A DNA stretch of 64,000 bases from an uncultured Candidatus Rokubacteria bacterium (GTDB lineage: Bacteria > Methylomirabilota > Methylomirabilia > Rokubacteriales > CSP1-6): the NCBI GenBank assembly GCA_963754315.1, contig CAVWFS010000019.1, positions 224,001 to 288,000 of the forward strand. The letters are read 5' to 3'. Shown one piece after another: positions 19,438 to 30,043 of this stretch. Position 1 is the first letter of the stretch; the number at the start of each line of letters is the position of its first letter. The notes under the pieces were generated by a model that worked only from the letters and a program-made list of their open reading frames with translations, was not told where the DNA came from and did not search any database. The position numbers and the translations under genes were made by a program.

Positions 19438-20418
19438 ATGAAGCGCCCCATCGCTCTGCTGGCCGCACTGGCGGCCGTCGCTCTCGTCACCGTATCGGCC
19501 CTCGCCCAACAGTTCAATCTGACCTGGACGGCCGGCCAGCTCGGGGGCGGCTGGTACGCCCAGGCCGGCGGCTTCGTGGAGCTGATCAAGAGCAAGGACC
19601 CCAAATTCAACATCAAGGTGGTGCCAGGAGCCGGTATCCAGAACATGACCAAGCTGCAGCAGGGCGAGACGGAGATCGCCTGGGGCTTGCCACCGTTCGT
19701 GGCGGCCTCCTACAACGGTCAGGATCCGTACAAGGACAAGCACGCCGACATGCGGCTGGTCGTCAACGGGCTCGGCTACGTGCACATTCAGTTCTGCGTC
19801 CCTGCCGACTATCCGGCCAAGTCAATCCGTGACGTATTCGAGTCCAAGAAGCCCATCACCATCGGGACAACGCCGCCCGGCGGCTCCGATGAGTGGGTGA
19901 TGCGCAAGGTGTTCGAGTTCTACAAGACCACGTATGCCGACGTGCGCAGCCGCGGGGGCAAGGTCATCCTCGTCTCTTACAGCGACCTGGTGACCCAGTA
20001 CCGCGATCGGAACATGGACATCCTCTTCGCCAACCTCGCCGTTCCCGGGGCCGCCATCCAGGAAGCCTCGCTCGCGCGCAAGATGCGCATCCTGCCCATG
20101 GACGACGATCTCATCAAGTTCATGGAGGGGCACGGGCTAGCGCGCGGGGTGATCCCCAAGGGCACGTACAAGGACGTCGTCAACAACGATGTCGACCTCC
20201 CCACCATCGCAATGGCCAACACCATTGTGGCCAACGCCAAGACGCCGTCGGAGGCGGTCTACGATTTCACGAAGATCGTTCTCAATAACGTCGACGCCGT
20301 TCGCAAGATCCACCCCGCCTTCAAGGACTTCACGCCGAAGGACGCGGTGAAGCTGGCCAACGTGCCGCTCCACCCCGGGGCCGAGAAAGCCTACAAGGAA
20401 GCGAAACTCATTCCGTAG
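19438..20418 (+). CDS. TAXI-family TRAP transporter solute-binding protein
   Basis: Signal peptide; AGQLGGGWY; C-terminal PLHPGAEKAYKE. Confidence 0.92.
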   Translation: MKRPIALLAALAAVALVTVSALAQQFNLTWTAGQLGGGWYAQAGGFVELIKSKDPKFNIKVVPGAGIQNMTKLQQGETEIAWGLPPFVAASYNGQDPYKDKHADMRLVVNGLGYVHIQFCVPADYPAKSIRDVFESKKPITIGTTPPGGSDEWVMRKVFEFYKTTYADVRSRGGKVILVSYSDLVTQYRDRNMDILFANLAVPGAAIQEASLARKMRILPMDDDLIKFMEGHGLARGVIPKGTYKDVVNNDVDLPTIAMANTIVANAKTPSEAVYDFTKIVLNNVDAVRKIHPAFKDFTPKDAVKLANVPLHPGAEKAYKEAKLIP

Positions 20419-20450
20419 ATGGGTCACGCGCCCCGCGACCACCGAGTCAC

Positions 20451-22352
20451 GTGAGACAGCTCACGGGGGTGGTGGGATGGGTGGCCGGCGTCTATGCCGT
20501 GGCGGCTGCCCTGTTTCACATCTGGACCGCATACGCGGGGGTGCTGGAGCCGCGCGAGATGCGCGCCATCCATCTGATGTTCCTGCTGCCCCTGTCGTTT
20601 CTCTTCTTTGGCGCGACGCCGCGTGCTCCCCAGCACCGGCCCACTGTCGTCGATGCCGCCTGGATCGTCGCCGCCCTCGTGCCCACCCTCTACGTCATCG
20701 CCAACGCCACCGAGCTCACCGAGCGCTGGGAGGGGGTGCACCCGGTGACCTTGCTCCAGGTCATCCTCGGAACGTTGCTCGTGCTGGCCGTGCTGGAAGC
20801 ATCGCGGCGGACGGTTGGTTTCTGGTTCTTCGTCACCACGCTCGTCTTCATCGCTTTCCTGGTGGCCGCCCCCTGGCTCCCAGGCTTCCTGAAGTCGCCG
20901 AGGGCATACAGCTTCGCCCAGCTCATCGAGATGTTCTTTCTGTACGCGGACGAGGGGGTCCTCGGCTCCCTCACCGGCATCTCCGCCAACCTGCTGATGA
21001 TCTTCATCCTGTTCGCGTCCTTCATGCTGCATTCAGGGGTGGGCCAGTTCTTCATGGACATCTCGATCGCGGTGGCCGGTCGCTTCCGGGGAGGCCCGGC
21101 CAAGGTGGCGGTGGTGTCCTCGGCTCTCTACGGGACGGTGAGCGGCTCCTCGGTGGCCGACTGCTACGCCACCGGCACCTTCACGATCCCCCTGATGAAG
21201 AAGATCGGCTATCGGCCGGATATCGCCGCCGCTATCGAGGCAACCGCTTCCTGCGGCGGCCCGCTCATGCCGCCCATCATGGGGGCCGGTGCCTTCATCA
21301 TGGCCGAACTGACGGGGGTGCCGTATTCGAAGATCATCGTAGCGGCCGCGCTGCCCGCCGTCCTGTACTACGCGGGGATCATGGCGACCGTGCACTGGGA
21401 AGCGCTCAAGCACGGTCTGGGGACGATGTCAGCCGACATGCCGCCCGTGCTCTCTCTGTTGCGGCGCTCGCTCTTGTTCCTCCCCTTCGGCGCGGTGCTC
21501 TACTGTCTGGAGGCCGGCTACTCGCCGTCCAAGGCCGCGCTCTACAGCCTGCTCACGGCCGTGGTCGTTTCCTGGTTCGCGGGCGACCAGCCGATGACTC
21601 CGCGCCGCATGGCCACCACCATGATCGAGGCCATGCGGTCCGGCGCTATCATCGCCTGCGTGCTGGCCGCCTCGGGCCTCATCGTGGCCGCCATGAGCCG
21701 CACCGGGTTCGCGCTCGCCTTCTCCAGCCTGATCATCAACTTCTCCGCGGGCTACCTCATCGTGGCCCTATTCCTGATCTTCGTCGTCGTATCCGTCCTC
21801 GGAACGGGCATTCCCACCACACCCGCCTACATCCTTGCGGTCACCGTCGGCGGGGCCGCCTTGCAGAAACTCGGGATCGACATCCTGGCCGCCCATCTCT
21901 TTGTTTTCTACTACGCCGTGCTGGCCGACGTGACCCCACCGGTAGCCGTCACCGCCTTCGCCGGCGCCCAGATTGCGGGGGCCGATCCCATGAAGACCGG
22001 TTGGCAAGGCTGCCGCTTCGCCATCGGCGGCTTTCTGGCGCCGTTCCTCTTCGTCTACCAGCCCGCGTTGCTGCTGAGCGGCTCCGTCGTGGAGATTGTG
22101 ATCGCGTTCGCGTCGGCCATGGTCGGCATCACCGCGCTGTCGGCCGCGGTGGCCGGGCACATGTTCCGACCCCTGAGCTGGCTCCAGCGCGGCTTTCTGG
22201 TGGCGGTATCGCTGGCCGCCATCAGCCCCCATCTGACGGTCTCGGTGGCGACCAGCCTCACCGTCCTTGCCTTCGCCGCGTGGGAGGCGCGGTCGGCCGC
22301 CCGTGATAGCATGCCCACGACTCGAGCATCGCCAGGAAGGGGAAGGTTATGA
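20451..22352 (+). CDS. TRAP transporter fused (4TM/12TM) permease
   Basis: GGPAKVAVVSS, TGTFTIPLMKK, MPPIMGAGAF and DVTPPVA motifs. Confidence 0.93.
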   Translation: MRQLTGVVGWVAGVYAVAAALFHIWTAYAGVLEPREMRAIHLMFLLPLSFLFFGATPRAPQHRPTVVDAAWIVAALVPTLYVIANATELTERWEGVHPVTLLQVILGTLLVLAVLEASRRTVGFWFFVTTLVFIAFLVAAPWLPGFLKSPRAYSFAQLIEMFFLYADEGVLGSLTGISANLLMIFILFASFMLHSGVGQFFMDISIAVAGRFRGGPAKVAVVSSALYGTVSGSSVADCYATGTFTIPLMKKIGYRPDIAAAIEATASCGGPLMPPIMGAGAFIMAELTGVPYSKIIVAAALPAVLYYAGIMATVHWEALKHGLGTMSADMPPVLSLLRRSLLFLPFGAVLYCLEAGYSPSKAALYSLLTAVVVSWFAGDQPMTPRRMATTMIEAMRSGAIIACVLAASGLIVAAMSRTGFALAFSSLIINFSAGYLIVALFLIFVVVSVLGTGIPTTPAYILAVTVGGAALQKLGIDILAAHLFVFYYAVLADVTPPVAVTAFAGAQIAGADPMKTGWQGCRFAIGGFLAPFLFVYQPALLLSGSVVEIVIAFASAMVGITALSAAVAGHMFRPLSWLQRGFLVAVSLAAISPHLTVSVATSLTVLAFAAWEARSAARDSMPTTRASPGRGRL

Positions 22353-24430
22353 CCGCCATCACACCGTTCGTCGACCTCGATCGTCGAGGCCGCATCGCCG
22401 TGCTTACCGTCAACAATCCTCCGGTCAACGCGCTGAGCCACGGGGTGCGTCTGGGGTTGCGCGACGGGATCAAGGCCGCTCACGCCGACCCAGCTGTAGG
22501 GGCCATCGTGGTCGTCTGCGCCGGGCGGACGTTCATCGCCGGCGCCGACATCACCGAGTTCGGCAAGCCCCCGCAGGCGCCCGGTCTGCATGAGGTCCTG
22601 AGCCTCCTCGAAGGAGGGCCCAAGCCTGTGGTGGCGGCGATTCATGGCACCGCGCTCGGCGGGGGTCTCGAGGTTACCCTCGCCTGTCACTACCGGGTCG
22701 GGGTCAAGACGGCGCGCTTTGGGCTTCCCGAGGTGAAGCTCGGACTCCTGCCGGGCGCAGGAGGAACGCAGCGCCTCCCTCGCGTGGTCGGGACGGAGAA
22801 GGCCCTTCACATGATCGTGAGTGGCGATCCCATCAGCGCCCCCGAGGCGCTCAAGCACGGGCTGATCGACGAGATCGTCGACGGGGATCTCACCGCTGGC
22901 GGCGTCGCCTTTGCCGAGAAAGTCCTGGCCGAGAACCGCCCCCTCCGCAAGATCCGGGACCTCGACGAGAAGATTGCGGGTGCTCGTGGCAAGCCCGAGA
23001 TCTTCGCCGACTTCCGCAAATCGGTGGCCCGTGCCACCCGTGGCTTTCGCGCCCCCGAGAACTGCATCAAGGCGGTGGAAGCTGCCGTCAACCTTCCCTT
23101 CGACCAGGGGCTCGCCCGTGAGCGGGAGCTGTTCGGCGAGCTGCTGAACTCGTCGGAGTCCAAAGCCCAGCGCTACTTCTTTTTTGCCGAACGAGAGGCC
23201 GCCAAGATTCCCGATGTCCCCTCCGACACGCCAGCCTTGCCTATTCGCAAGGCGGCCGTCATCGGGGCGGGAACCATGGGCGGTGGTATCGCCATGAACT
23301 TTGCCAACGCCGGCATCCCCGTCACCGTGGTCGAGGTCGCGCGCGATGCGCTCGACCGCGGCCTCGGGGTCGTGCGTAAGAACTACGAAGCGACGGCGGC
23401 CCGCGGTCGGCTCAGCAAGGACGACGTCGAGAAACGCATGGGGCTCATCACGGGCACCACCGATTTCGGAGCCGTGGCCGAGGCCGACATCGTCGTCGAG
23501 GCCGTTTTCGAGGAGATGCCGATCAAGAAGGAGGTCTTCGGCAAGCTCGACGGCATCGCCAAGTCGGGTGCCGTGCTGGCTACCAATACCTCGACCTTGA
23601 ACGTCGACGAGATCGCCTCGGCGACCACGCGACCGGAGAGCGTTCTCGGCATGCATTTCTTCAGCCCGGCCAACGTCATGCGTCTCTTGGAGGTCGTGCG
23701 CGGCGCGAAGTCGTCGAAGCCCGTCATCGCGACGGCCATGGCCGTCGGCAAGCAGATCGCCAAGGTGCCCGTACTCGTCGGCGTGTGCGACGGCTTCGTG
23801 GGCAACCGCATGCTGCACCAGCGCGGGCGCGAGGCCGAGAAGCTCATCCTGGAGGGCGCGCTGCCCCAGCAGGTCGACAAGGTCCTGTACGACTTCGGCT
23901 TCCCCATGGGGCCGTTCGCCATGGGTGACCTGGCCGGCCTCGACGTCGGCTGGCGCATCCGCAAAGGCAAGGGCGTGAAGGCGGCCGTGGCCGATCGCCT
24001 GTGCGAGATGGGGCGGTTCGGTCAGAAGACGGGCGCCGGCTACTATCGCTACGAAGGCAGCGACCGCACGCCCAAGCCTGACGCCGAGGTCGAGAAGATC
24101 ATCGGCGAGGTCTCGGCCGAGATGGGCATCACCCGCCGGTTCATCTCCGACGAAGAGATCCTGCAGCGGCTCCTCTACCCGATGGTCAACGAGGGCGCGA
24201 AGATCCTGGAAGAGAAGCTCGCCATCCGGGCCAGCGACATCGACGTGATCTGGGTGTACGGCTATGGGTGGCCCGTGTACCGCGGCGGCCCCATGTTCTG
24301 GGCCGACTCCATCGGGCTCAAGGTGATCCGCGATCGTATGCTGGAATGGCAGCGGAAGCACGGCGACGTCTGGAAGCCGGCCGCGCTGGTTGACCGCCTG
24401 GTGAGCGAGGGCAAGGGCTTCTTGGCCTAG
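22349..24430 (+). CDS. Enoyl-CoA hydratase/3-hydroxyacyl-CoA dehydrogenase (FadB-like)
   Basis: [37 protein letters not shown] and GMHFFSPA. Confidence 0.95.
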   Translation: MTAITPFVDLDRRGRIAVLTVNNPPVNALSHGVRLGLRDGIKAAHADPAVGAIVVVCAGRTFIAGADITEFGKPPQAPGLHEVLSLLEGGPKPVVAAIHGTALGGGLEVTLACHYRVGVKTARFGLPEVKLGLLPGAGGTQRLPRVVGTEKALHMIVSGDPISAPEALKHGLIDEIVDGDLTAGGVAFAEKVLAENRPLRKIRDLDEKIAGARGKPEIFADFRKSVARATRGFRAPENCIKAVEAAVNLPFDQGLARERELFGELLNSSESKAQRYFFFAEREAAKIPDVPSDTPALPIRKAAVIGAGTMGGGIAMNFANAGIPVTVVEVARDALDRGLGVVRKNYEATAARGRLSKDDVEKRMGLITGTTDFGAVAEADIVVEAVFEEMPIKKEVFGKLDGIAKSGAVLATNTSTLNVDEIASATTRPESVLGMHFFSPANVMRLLEVVRGAKSSKPVIATAMAVGKQIAKVPVLVGVCDGFVGNRMLHQRGREAEKLILEGALPQQVDKVLYDFGFPMGPFAMGDLAGLDVGWRIRKGKGVKAAVADRLCEMGRFGQKTGAGYYRYEGSDRTPKPDAEVEKIIGEVSAEMGITRRFISDEEILQRLLYPMVNEGAKILEEKLAIRASDIDVIWVYGYGWPVYRGGPMFWADSIGLKVIRDRMLEWQRKHGDVWKPAALVDRLVSEGKGFLA

Positions 24431-24476
24431 CGACCAGAGGTCCCACGGAGCCTATCAAGTCAAGGAGCAGATCGAG

Positions 24477-24941
24477 ATGACACTCACTGTCGAGTCTCCA
24501 AAGGATTTGGCGCAGCACGTGGGAAAGGAACTGGGGCCCTCGGAATGGATCACCGTCGATCAGGCCATGATCGACAAGTTTGCCGAGGCCACCGGCGATC
24601 ACCAGTGGATCCACGTGGACGTCGAGCGCGCCAAGAGGGAGATGCCGGGCGGCAAGACCATCGCCCACGGCTACCTCACCTTGTCGCTGGTTCCACGACT
24701 GGCCAGCACGCTCGTGAAGGTCAACAAGCGTAGCCGTGGGGTGAACTACGGCTCCAACAAGGTCCGCTTCACGAACATGGTCCCGGCCGGCGCGCGCGTA
24801 CGCCTGCGTCAGAAGCTTCTCAAGGTCGACGAGGTTTCCGGAAACGGCATCCGCGCGACGTGGGAGATGACCATGGAGGTCGAGGGGCAAGAGCGCCCCG
24901 CTCTCGTCGCCGAGACGATCGGCGTCCAGTACGGGGTATAG
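24477..24941 (+). CDS. MaoC-family dehydratase
   Basis: FAEATGDHQWIHVD and TIAHGYLTL motifs. Confidence 0.93.
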   Translation: MTLTVESPKDLAQHVGKELGPSEWITVDQAMIDKFAEATGDHQWIHVDVERAKREMPGGKTIAHGYLTLSLVPRLASTLVKVNKRSRGVNYGSNKVRFTNMVPAGARVRLRQKLLKVDEVSGNGIRATWEMTMEVEGQERPALVAETIGVQYGV

Positions 24942-24951
24942 GCAGGGTTTG

Positions 24952-25144
24952 CATTTCGCGGCCCCGACGCCGCCGCGTGCGACCGAGGGGTGCCACGGGT
25001 TTCCCGGGGCACCCCGAGCGCTGGGGGGTATGGGGGGCCATTTCGGGGCCCCGACGATGCCGCGTAGGACCGAGGGGTGCCACGGGTTCCCCGGGGCACC
25101 CCGAGCGCTTGGGGGGTATGGGGGGCCATTTCGGGGCCCCCCAT
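24952..25144 (+). repeat. Tandem direct repeat (87 + 88 bp + partial unit) of the two-hairpin element, copies B and C
   Basis: Units start at 24952, 25039 and 25127. Each full unit has a GGGGTGCC-CGGG/CCCG-GGCACCCC stem and GAGCG-G6-TAT-G6; the final stem is ATGGGGGGCC/GGCCCCCCAT. Confidence 0.95.
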
Positions 25145-25154
25145 TTTAAATAGC

Positions 25155-25556
25155 CTAGCGGTCGTAAGGGCCTGCGCCCGGGGCTCGGTCGTGACGGTGG
25201 AACTCACCCGCCGGCGTGATGGCCAGACGGATCGTCGGCCCGCTCCCTCGGGGGCGGATGTGGTGGAAGTGGTTGGCGGGCGCGAACACGACATCGCCCG
25301 CTCGAGCCCGAATGGGTTCTCTCTGGCCTTCGATCTCCCAGTCGATCTCGCCCTCCAGAATGATCCACCACTCGTCCGTCAAGTGATAGTGGCGGTCCGT
25401 CGGATGGCCCGGCGGCTGGCAAATGAGCGTGCCTGACATCTGATCGTTCACCACGAGCTTCTCGACCCAGGGCGGTTGGCCCTTCGCCCGTTTGATCTCC
25501 TCGATACGCGCGTGGAGCTTGTCCATTCCTAACAGTCCCTGCACGGTCGCCTGCAT
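25155..25556 (-). CDS. Cupin domain protein
   Basis: HYHLTDEWWIILEGE and GDVVFAPANHFH cupin motifs; AAGGAGG RBS before ATG 25556. Confidence 0.9.
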   Translation of the reverse strand: MQATVQGLLGMDKLHARIEEIKRAKGQPPWVEKLVVNDQMSGTLICQPPGHPTDRHYHLTDEWWIILEGEIDWEIEGQREPIRARAGDVVFAPANHFHHIRPRGSGPTIRLAITPAGEFHRHDRAPGAGPYDR

Positions 25557-25796
25557 GGGCGCCTCCTTTTCTCCTGGGACTCCTCGTGGTCCTGGCCGCC
25601 AGTATAGCGAGGTCCGCTGGTCGCCCGTCGTTCGTGGGTCCTGTTGGCTCGCCGCAATTCTTGTCGGCGCGTCAATCACTGGTCTATGATGCCGCGACGC
25701 GATATGGTCCGCAGGCTCGTACGAGAGTCAGCGGGGATCGTTGCAGCACACTGCTTCCGGCGCGGGCTACCGGCTCGGTCGGGGAGGGAGAGCTTG

Positions 25797-25989
25797 ATGA
25801 CGGGGTCAACGTGGCTGATTCTGCTCGGGATCCTGATCGTGCTCGCGTCGCTGTTCGCGGACGCGATTGGGCCTCGGCACCTCTCCGAGAGACTACTTCG
25901 GCTGGAAGCAGATCCTCGGGATCGTCGTCGGTCTGGCAATCGTCGGCTACGGTCTCTGGCGCCGTCGAGGTAGCGGCGTCAATCGCTGA
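25797..25989 (+). CDS. Small 2-TM membrane protein (~63 aa), with a +1 frameshift near 25871
   Basis: Corrected translation MTGSTWLILLGILIVLASLFADAIGLGTSPRDYFGWKQILGIVVGLAIVGYGLWRRRGSGVNR; GGAGG RBS. Confidence 0.7.
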
Positions 25990-26006
25990 TAGCGGACGCG
26001 CGGCGC

Positions 26007-28037
26007 CTACGCAGGCAGGGGACGGACGTCCAGCCGGGTGTCCTGGTAGGTCGCTCCCTCACCCAAATCGCTGAAACGGTCGGACACGAGCATATTGATG
26101 GTGCTCTGGCCGGCCTCGCCCGCCGGGCGCTGGCCAGGGACGAAGACCACGCCGGGGGGAGTCTCGTCGCTCACCCGTAGCCTCAGGGTCACAAGCCCCC
26201 GCTGGTTGACGAGCTGCACAGATTGCCCGTCGCACAGCTGACGGGCCGCGGCGTCGTCGGGGTGAAGCACGCACTCCGGGGGGCCTTGCTTGCGGCGCAG
26301 CGAGGCCACCGCAGAGAAAGCAGTGTGGCTCTGATAGTAGCCGGGCGCCGTGAGCAGGCGCAGCGGCCAGCGGCGCTCCTCCTCCGTCTCGATCGCCTCC
26401 TCGACCCAGTCGGGCATCGCGGGCAGCCCCTGCCCTGCCAGCCGGTCCGAGTAGAACTCCAACCTACCCGACGGGGTCGCGAACTGCTGCCGGCCCGGCT
26501 CGGGCGCAAGCTTCACCGGACCGGAAGCCCGGAGCTCGGCGCGATTGACACTGGCAGTCGGACCGCTCGAACGACGAATGATCTCCCCGAGCAGCGCGTC
26601 CGTGTCCATGGAGAAAACACGATCGGTCACGCCAAGGCGACGCGCGAGCTCCTGGGCCAGACGCCGGTTGGGCCACGCCTCGCCTTGCGGTTCGACGACG
26701 CGGTTCGCGAACTGCAGATAGTAGGTGCCGTAGGCCCGATGGACGTCCTCGGTTTCCAGGTAGGTGGCTGCCGGAAGCACAACGTCGGCGTAGCGAGCGG
26801 TGTCCGAGAGGAACGGATCGTGGACCACCGTGAAGAGGTCCTCACGCGAGAGTCCCCGGCGGACAGCGCCCGCGTCGGGACAGGTGACTGCGGGGTTATT
26901 GCACGCCACGAAGAGCGCGCGCAGCGGAGGGTTCTTCAGAGTGAGAAGAGCCTCCCCCAGTCGTGAATGGTTCACCTGGCGGGTGGTAGCCGGACCCGAC
27001 GGTCTGCGAAGGGCCGAGGCATCGAGACCGAAGCTCGCAGCTGTCATGAGAAGGGCGCCGCCGCCGACCTTGTCGTAGGCGCCCACCACACCAGGAAGCA
27101 GGGCCACCGCGCGGATGGCTTGCCCTCCCTGCCGGGAGCGCGACATCCCCTCGCCGAGGCGGATGAATGGTGCCCGCGCACGACCGTACATGCGGGCCAG
27201 GCGTTCCAGGTCCGAGACGCTCACTCCAGTGATCTCGGCGACCCGCGCCGGATGAAAGTGCGGCAGCACATCACGCTCCAGTCGGTCGAAGCCGACCGTA
27301 CGCTCGGCCAGATAGCGTCGGTCCGCGAGCCCCTCGCGTACGAGGACGTGCATCATCCCCAGCGCGAGGGCGGCGTCAGTGCCGACCCTCACCCGAAGAT
27401 GCCAGTCCGCGCGGGCCGCCGTTCGGCTACGGCGTGGCTCGATGACAACCAGCGTCGCGCCGGCTGCGCGCGCCCGCTCGACGAAGGGCCAGATGTGCAC
27501 GTTGGTGGTCAGAAGGTCCGCCCCCCAGGCGATGATCAGGTCGGAGTGGATCACCGTTTCCGGGTCTGCCCCTCCCACGCTTCCGCATGCGGCATCCCAC
27601 CCCGCTTCCGCGCAGGTGTCGCACACAGTCCCTGCCTGCAGACGCGACGCACCAAGGGCGTGGAACAGCCCTAGCAGCAGACCCCGATTGATCTGGCCCT
27701 GATGGGCACTATAGGCGTAGCCGAGGATTGCCTCGGCGCCGTCTTCCCGCATGATCGCCTGCCAGCGGCTGACGATCTCGTCGAGCGCGTCATCCCACGT
27801 GATCGGCGCAAAGCGGCCCTGCCCCTTGGCGCCCGTCCGGCGGAGGGGGGTGAGCACACGCTCTGGCGAGTGGACCAACTCGTGGTCTCGGTGGACCTTG
27901 GCGCACGCGAAACCCGCCGTGAAGGGATGGGTCGGGTCTCCCTCGATCCTCACAATGCGGCCGTCCTCGACGTGAGCGAGCAGCGAACACTGGTCGGGGC
28001 AATCGTGGGCGCACACCGTCCGTATGGTCCGGATCAC
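26007..28037 (-). CDS. Molybdopterin (bis-MGD) oxidoreductase family protein
   Basis: N-terminal CAHDCPDQC..CAK; DTARYADVVLPAATYLE; C-terminal dinucleotide-binding domain; GGAGG RBS before GTG 28037. Confidence 0.92.
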   Translation of the reverse strand: MIRTIRTVCAHDCPDQCSLLAHVEDGRIVRIEGDPTHPFTAGFACAKVHRDHELVHSPERVLTPLRRTGAKGQGRFAPITWDDALDEIVSRWQAIMREDGAEAILGYAYSAHQGQINRGLLLGLFHALGASRLQAGTVCDTCAEAGWDAACGSVGGADPETVIHSDLIIAWGADLLTTNVHIWPFVERARAAGATLVVIEPRRSRTAARADWHLRVRVGTDAALALGMMHVLVREGLADRRYLAERTVGFDRLERDVLPHFHPARVAEITGVSVSDLERLARMYGRARAPFIRLGEGMSRSRQGGQAIRAVALLPGVVGAYDKVGGGALLMTAASFGLDASALRRPSGPATTRQVNHSRLGEALLTLKNPPLRALFVACNNPAVTCPDAGAVRRGLSREDLFTVVHDPFLSDTARYADVVLPAATYLETEDVHRAYGTYYLQFANRVVEPQGEAWPNRRLAQELARRLGVTDRVFSMDTDALLGEIIRRSSGPTASVNRAELRASGPVKLAPEPGRQQFATPSGRLEFYSDRLAGQGLPAMPDWVEEAIETEEERRWPLRLLTAPGYYQSHTAFSAVASLRRKQGPPECVLHPDDAAARQLCDGQSVQLVNQRGLVTLRLRVSDETPPGVVFVPGQRPAGEAGQSTINMLVSDRFSDLGEGATYQDTRLDVRPLPA

Positions 28038-28133
28038 CGGCCACCTCCGTTTGACATACGTGTCATAGGTGACTTTAGGCCCCTCGCCGGCCTCTTGCAA
28101 AGAGCCATTCATCGTCAATAGGATCGGGCCACT

Positions 28134-29366
28134 GTGCTGGATCTCCTCCTGCGGGGCTGTCGTCTGCCCGACGCGACCGACCCCACCGACGTGGGTATCG
28201 AGGGCAGATACATCGCGGCCATCGGTCGCGACCTGGGCCCGGCGCAGGAGACGATCGACGTCCGCGGGCGGTTGGTGACTCCGGGCTTGGTGGAAGCTCA
28301 TATTCACCTCGACAAGGCCTTGCTGTCAGGCCGCGTGCGAGGGGAGGCCGGCACCCTGGAGGAGGCCATCCGGATTACCGGAGATGCCAAGCGACACTTC
28401 ACGGCGAGCGATATTCGGGAGCGAGCCCGGCGCGTGTTGGCAATGGCGGTGGCGGCCGGCACGACGACGCTTCGCACGCACGTCGAGGTCGATCAGATCG
28501 TGGGCCTGATGGGCTTGGAAGCAGTGTTGCCGCTCCGCGAGGAGTTCGCGGCCGCCATCGATGTGCAGATCTGCGCCTTCGCCCAGGAGGGGATTGTCCG
28601 GGCCCCGGGCACGGAGGCACTCCTGCGGCGAGCGCTCGCCATGGGCGCCGATCTCGTGGGGGGATGCCCGTACAACGATAGTGACCCGCTCCGACAGATC
28701 CAGATCGTCTACGATCTCGCGGACGAGTTCGGGGTCGCCGTTGATTTTCACGCGGACTTCTTCGATGAGCCCGAGCATCTGCATATCACCACGATCGTGG
28801 AGGAGACCCTTCGCCGAGGCTGGCAGGGCCGGGTGGTTGTCGGTCACCTCACCGAGCTGGCCGCCCTCGCTCCGCAACAACAAGATCGGATCATCGCGGG
28901 GCTGGTGGAGGCACGGATCGGCGTCATCAGCCTGCCTGCCACGGATCTCTATCTGATGGGGCGCCGGGATACCCATAACATCCGGCGCGGGCTCACGCCC
29001 ATCCGCCGTCTGCTGGCGGCCGGCGTTCCCGTCGCCCTCTCCACCAACAACGTGCAGAACCCTTTCACGCCGGTGGGGACGGCCGATCTCGCCCACATGG
29101 CCTTCCTGACCGCCGTGGCCGCCCACATGGGCACGCCCACCGATTTGCGGTCCATCGTCGACACCATCACTCGTCACCCAGCCTCCATGTTGGGCGTGGC
29201 CGACTACGGCCTCGCGTCGGGCGGCCGGGCCGACCTGGTCGTATGGGACTGCCACCAGGTCGAGGAGATCGTGATGGCCCTGCCTCAGCGGGCGGTGATC
29301 GTGAAGGGTGGCCGCGTGAGCATCGAGGGCGAGCGGCGCGTGCACGAGCGCTGGCGAGAAGCCTGA
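28134..29366 (+). CDS. Amidohydrolase, cytosine deaminase (CodA)-like
   Basis: EAHIHLDK, RTHVE, AFAQEG, DFHAD and VGH motifs. Confidence 0.88.
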   Translation: MLDLLLRGCRLPDATDPTDVGIEGRYIAAIGRDLGPAQETIDVRGRLVTPGLVEAHIHLDKALLSGRVRGEAGTLEEAIRITGDAKRHFTASDIRERARRVLAMAVAAGTTTLRTHVEVDQIVGLMGLEAVLPLREEFAAAIDVQICAFAQEGIVRAPGTEALLRRALAMGADLVGGCPYNDSDPLRQIQIVYDLADEFGVAVDFHADFFDEPEHLHITTIVEETLRRGWQGRVVVGHLTELAALAPQQQDRIIAGLVEARIGVISLPATDLYLMGRRDTHNIRRGLTPIRRLLAAGVPVALSTNNVQNPFTPVGTADLAHMAFLTAVAAHMGTPTDLRSIVDTITRHPASMLGVADYGLASGGRADLVVWDCHQVEEIVMALPQRAVIVKGGRVSIEGERRVHERWREA

Positions 29367-29379
29367 GCGCCGAATGCGA

Positions 29380-29409
29380 TTGACACACGTCGCGTGGGGT
29401 GGGTAGAGT
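29380..29409 (+). promoter_or_regulatory. Putative sigma70 promoter of the pyr operon
   Basis: TTGACA-18 bp-TAGAGT. Confidence 0.6.
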
Positions 29410-29429
29410 GTGAATCGACGCAACGGTGG

Positions 29430-29468
29430 CTTTCCTTTAAGCGAGCCCGGCGAGGCCCGCAAGGAGAG
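29430..29468 (+). promoter_or_regulatory. PyrR-binding RNA element in the pyrR leader
   Basis: CCTTTAA followed by AGCCCGGCGAGGCC (consensus ARUCCNGNGAGGYU), closed by TTTCCTT/AAGGAGA, directly upstream of pyrR. Confidence 0.8.
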
Positions 29469-29473
29469 AGTGA

Positions 29474-30043
<570 letters not shown>

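Noticed and set aside
22055..24361. Long antisense ORFs (768 aa here; also 3245-4594, 16157-17665, 29600-30832, 35678-36841, 62465-63985)
   Set aside because: Shadow frames of well-supported genes in high-GC DNA, with no recognisable motifs.
24952..25153. Tandem repeat as a CRISPR array
   Set aside because: Units are 87-88 bp and near-identical throughout, with no unique spacers and no cas genes.
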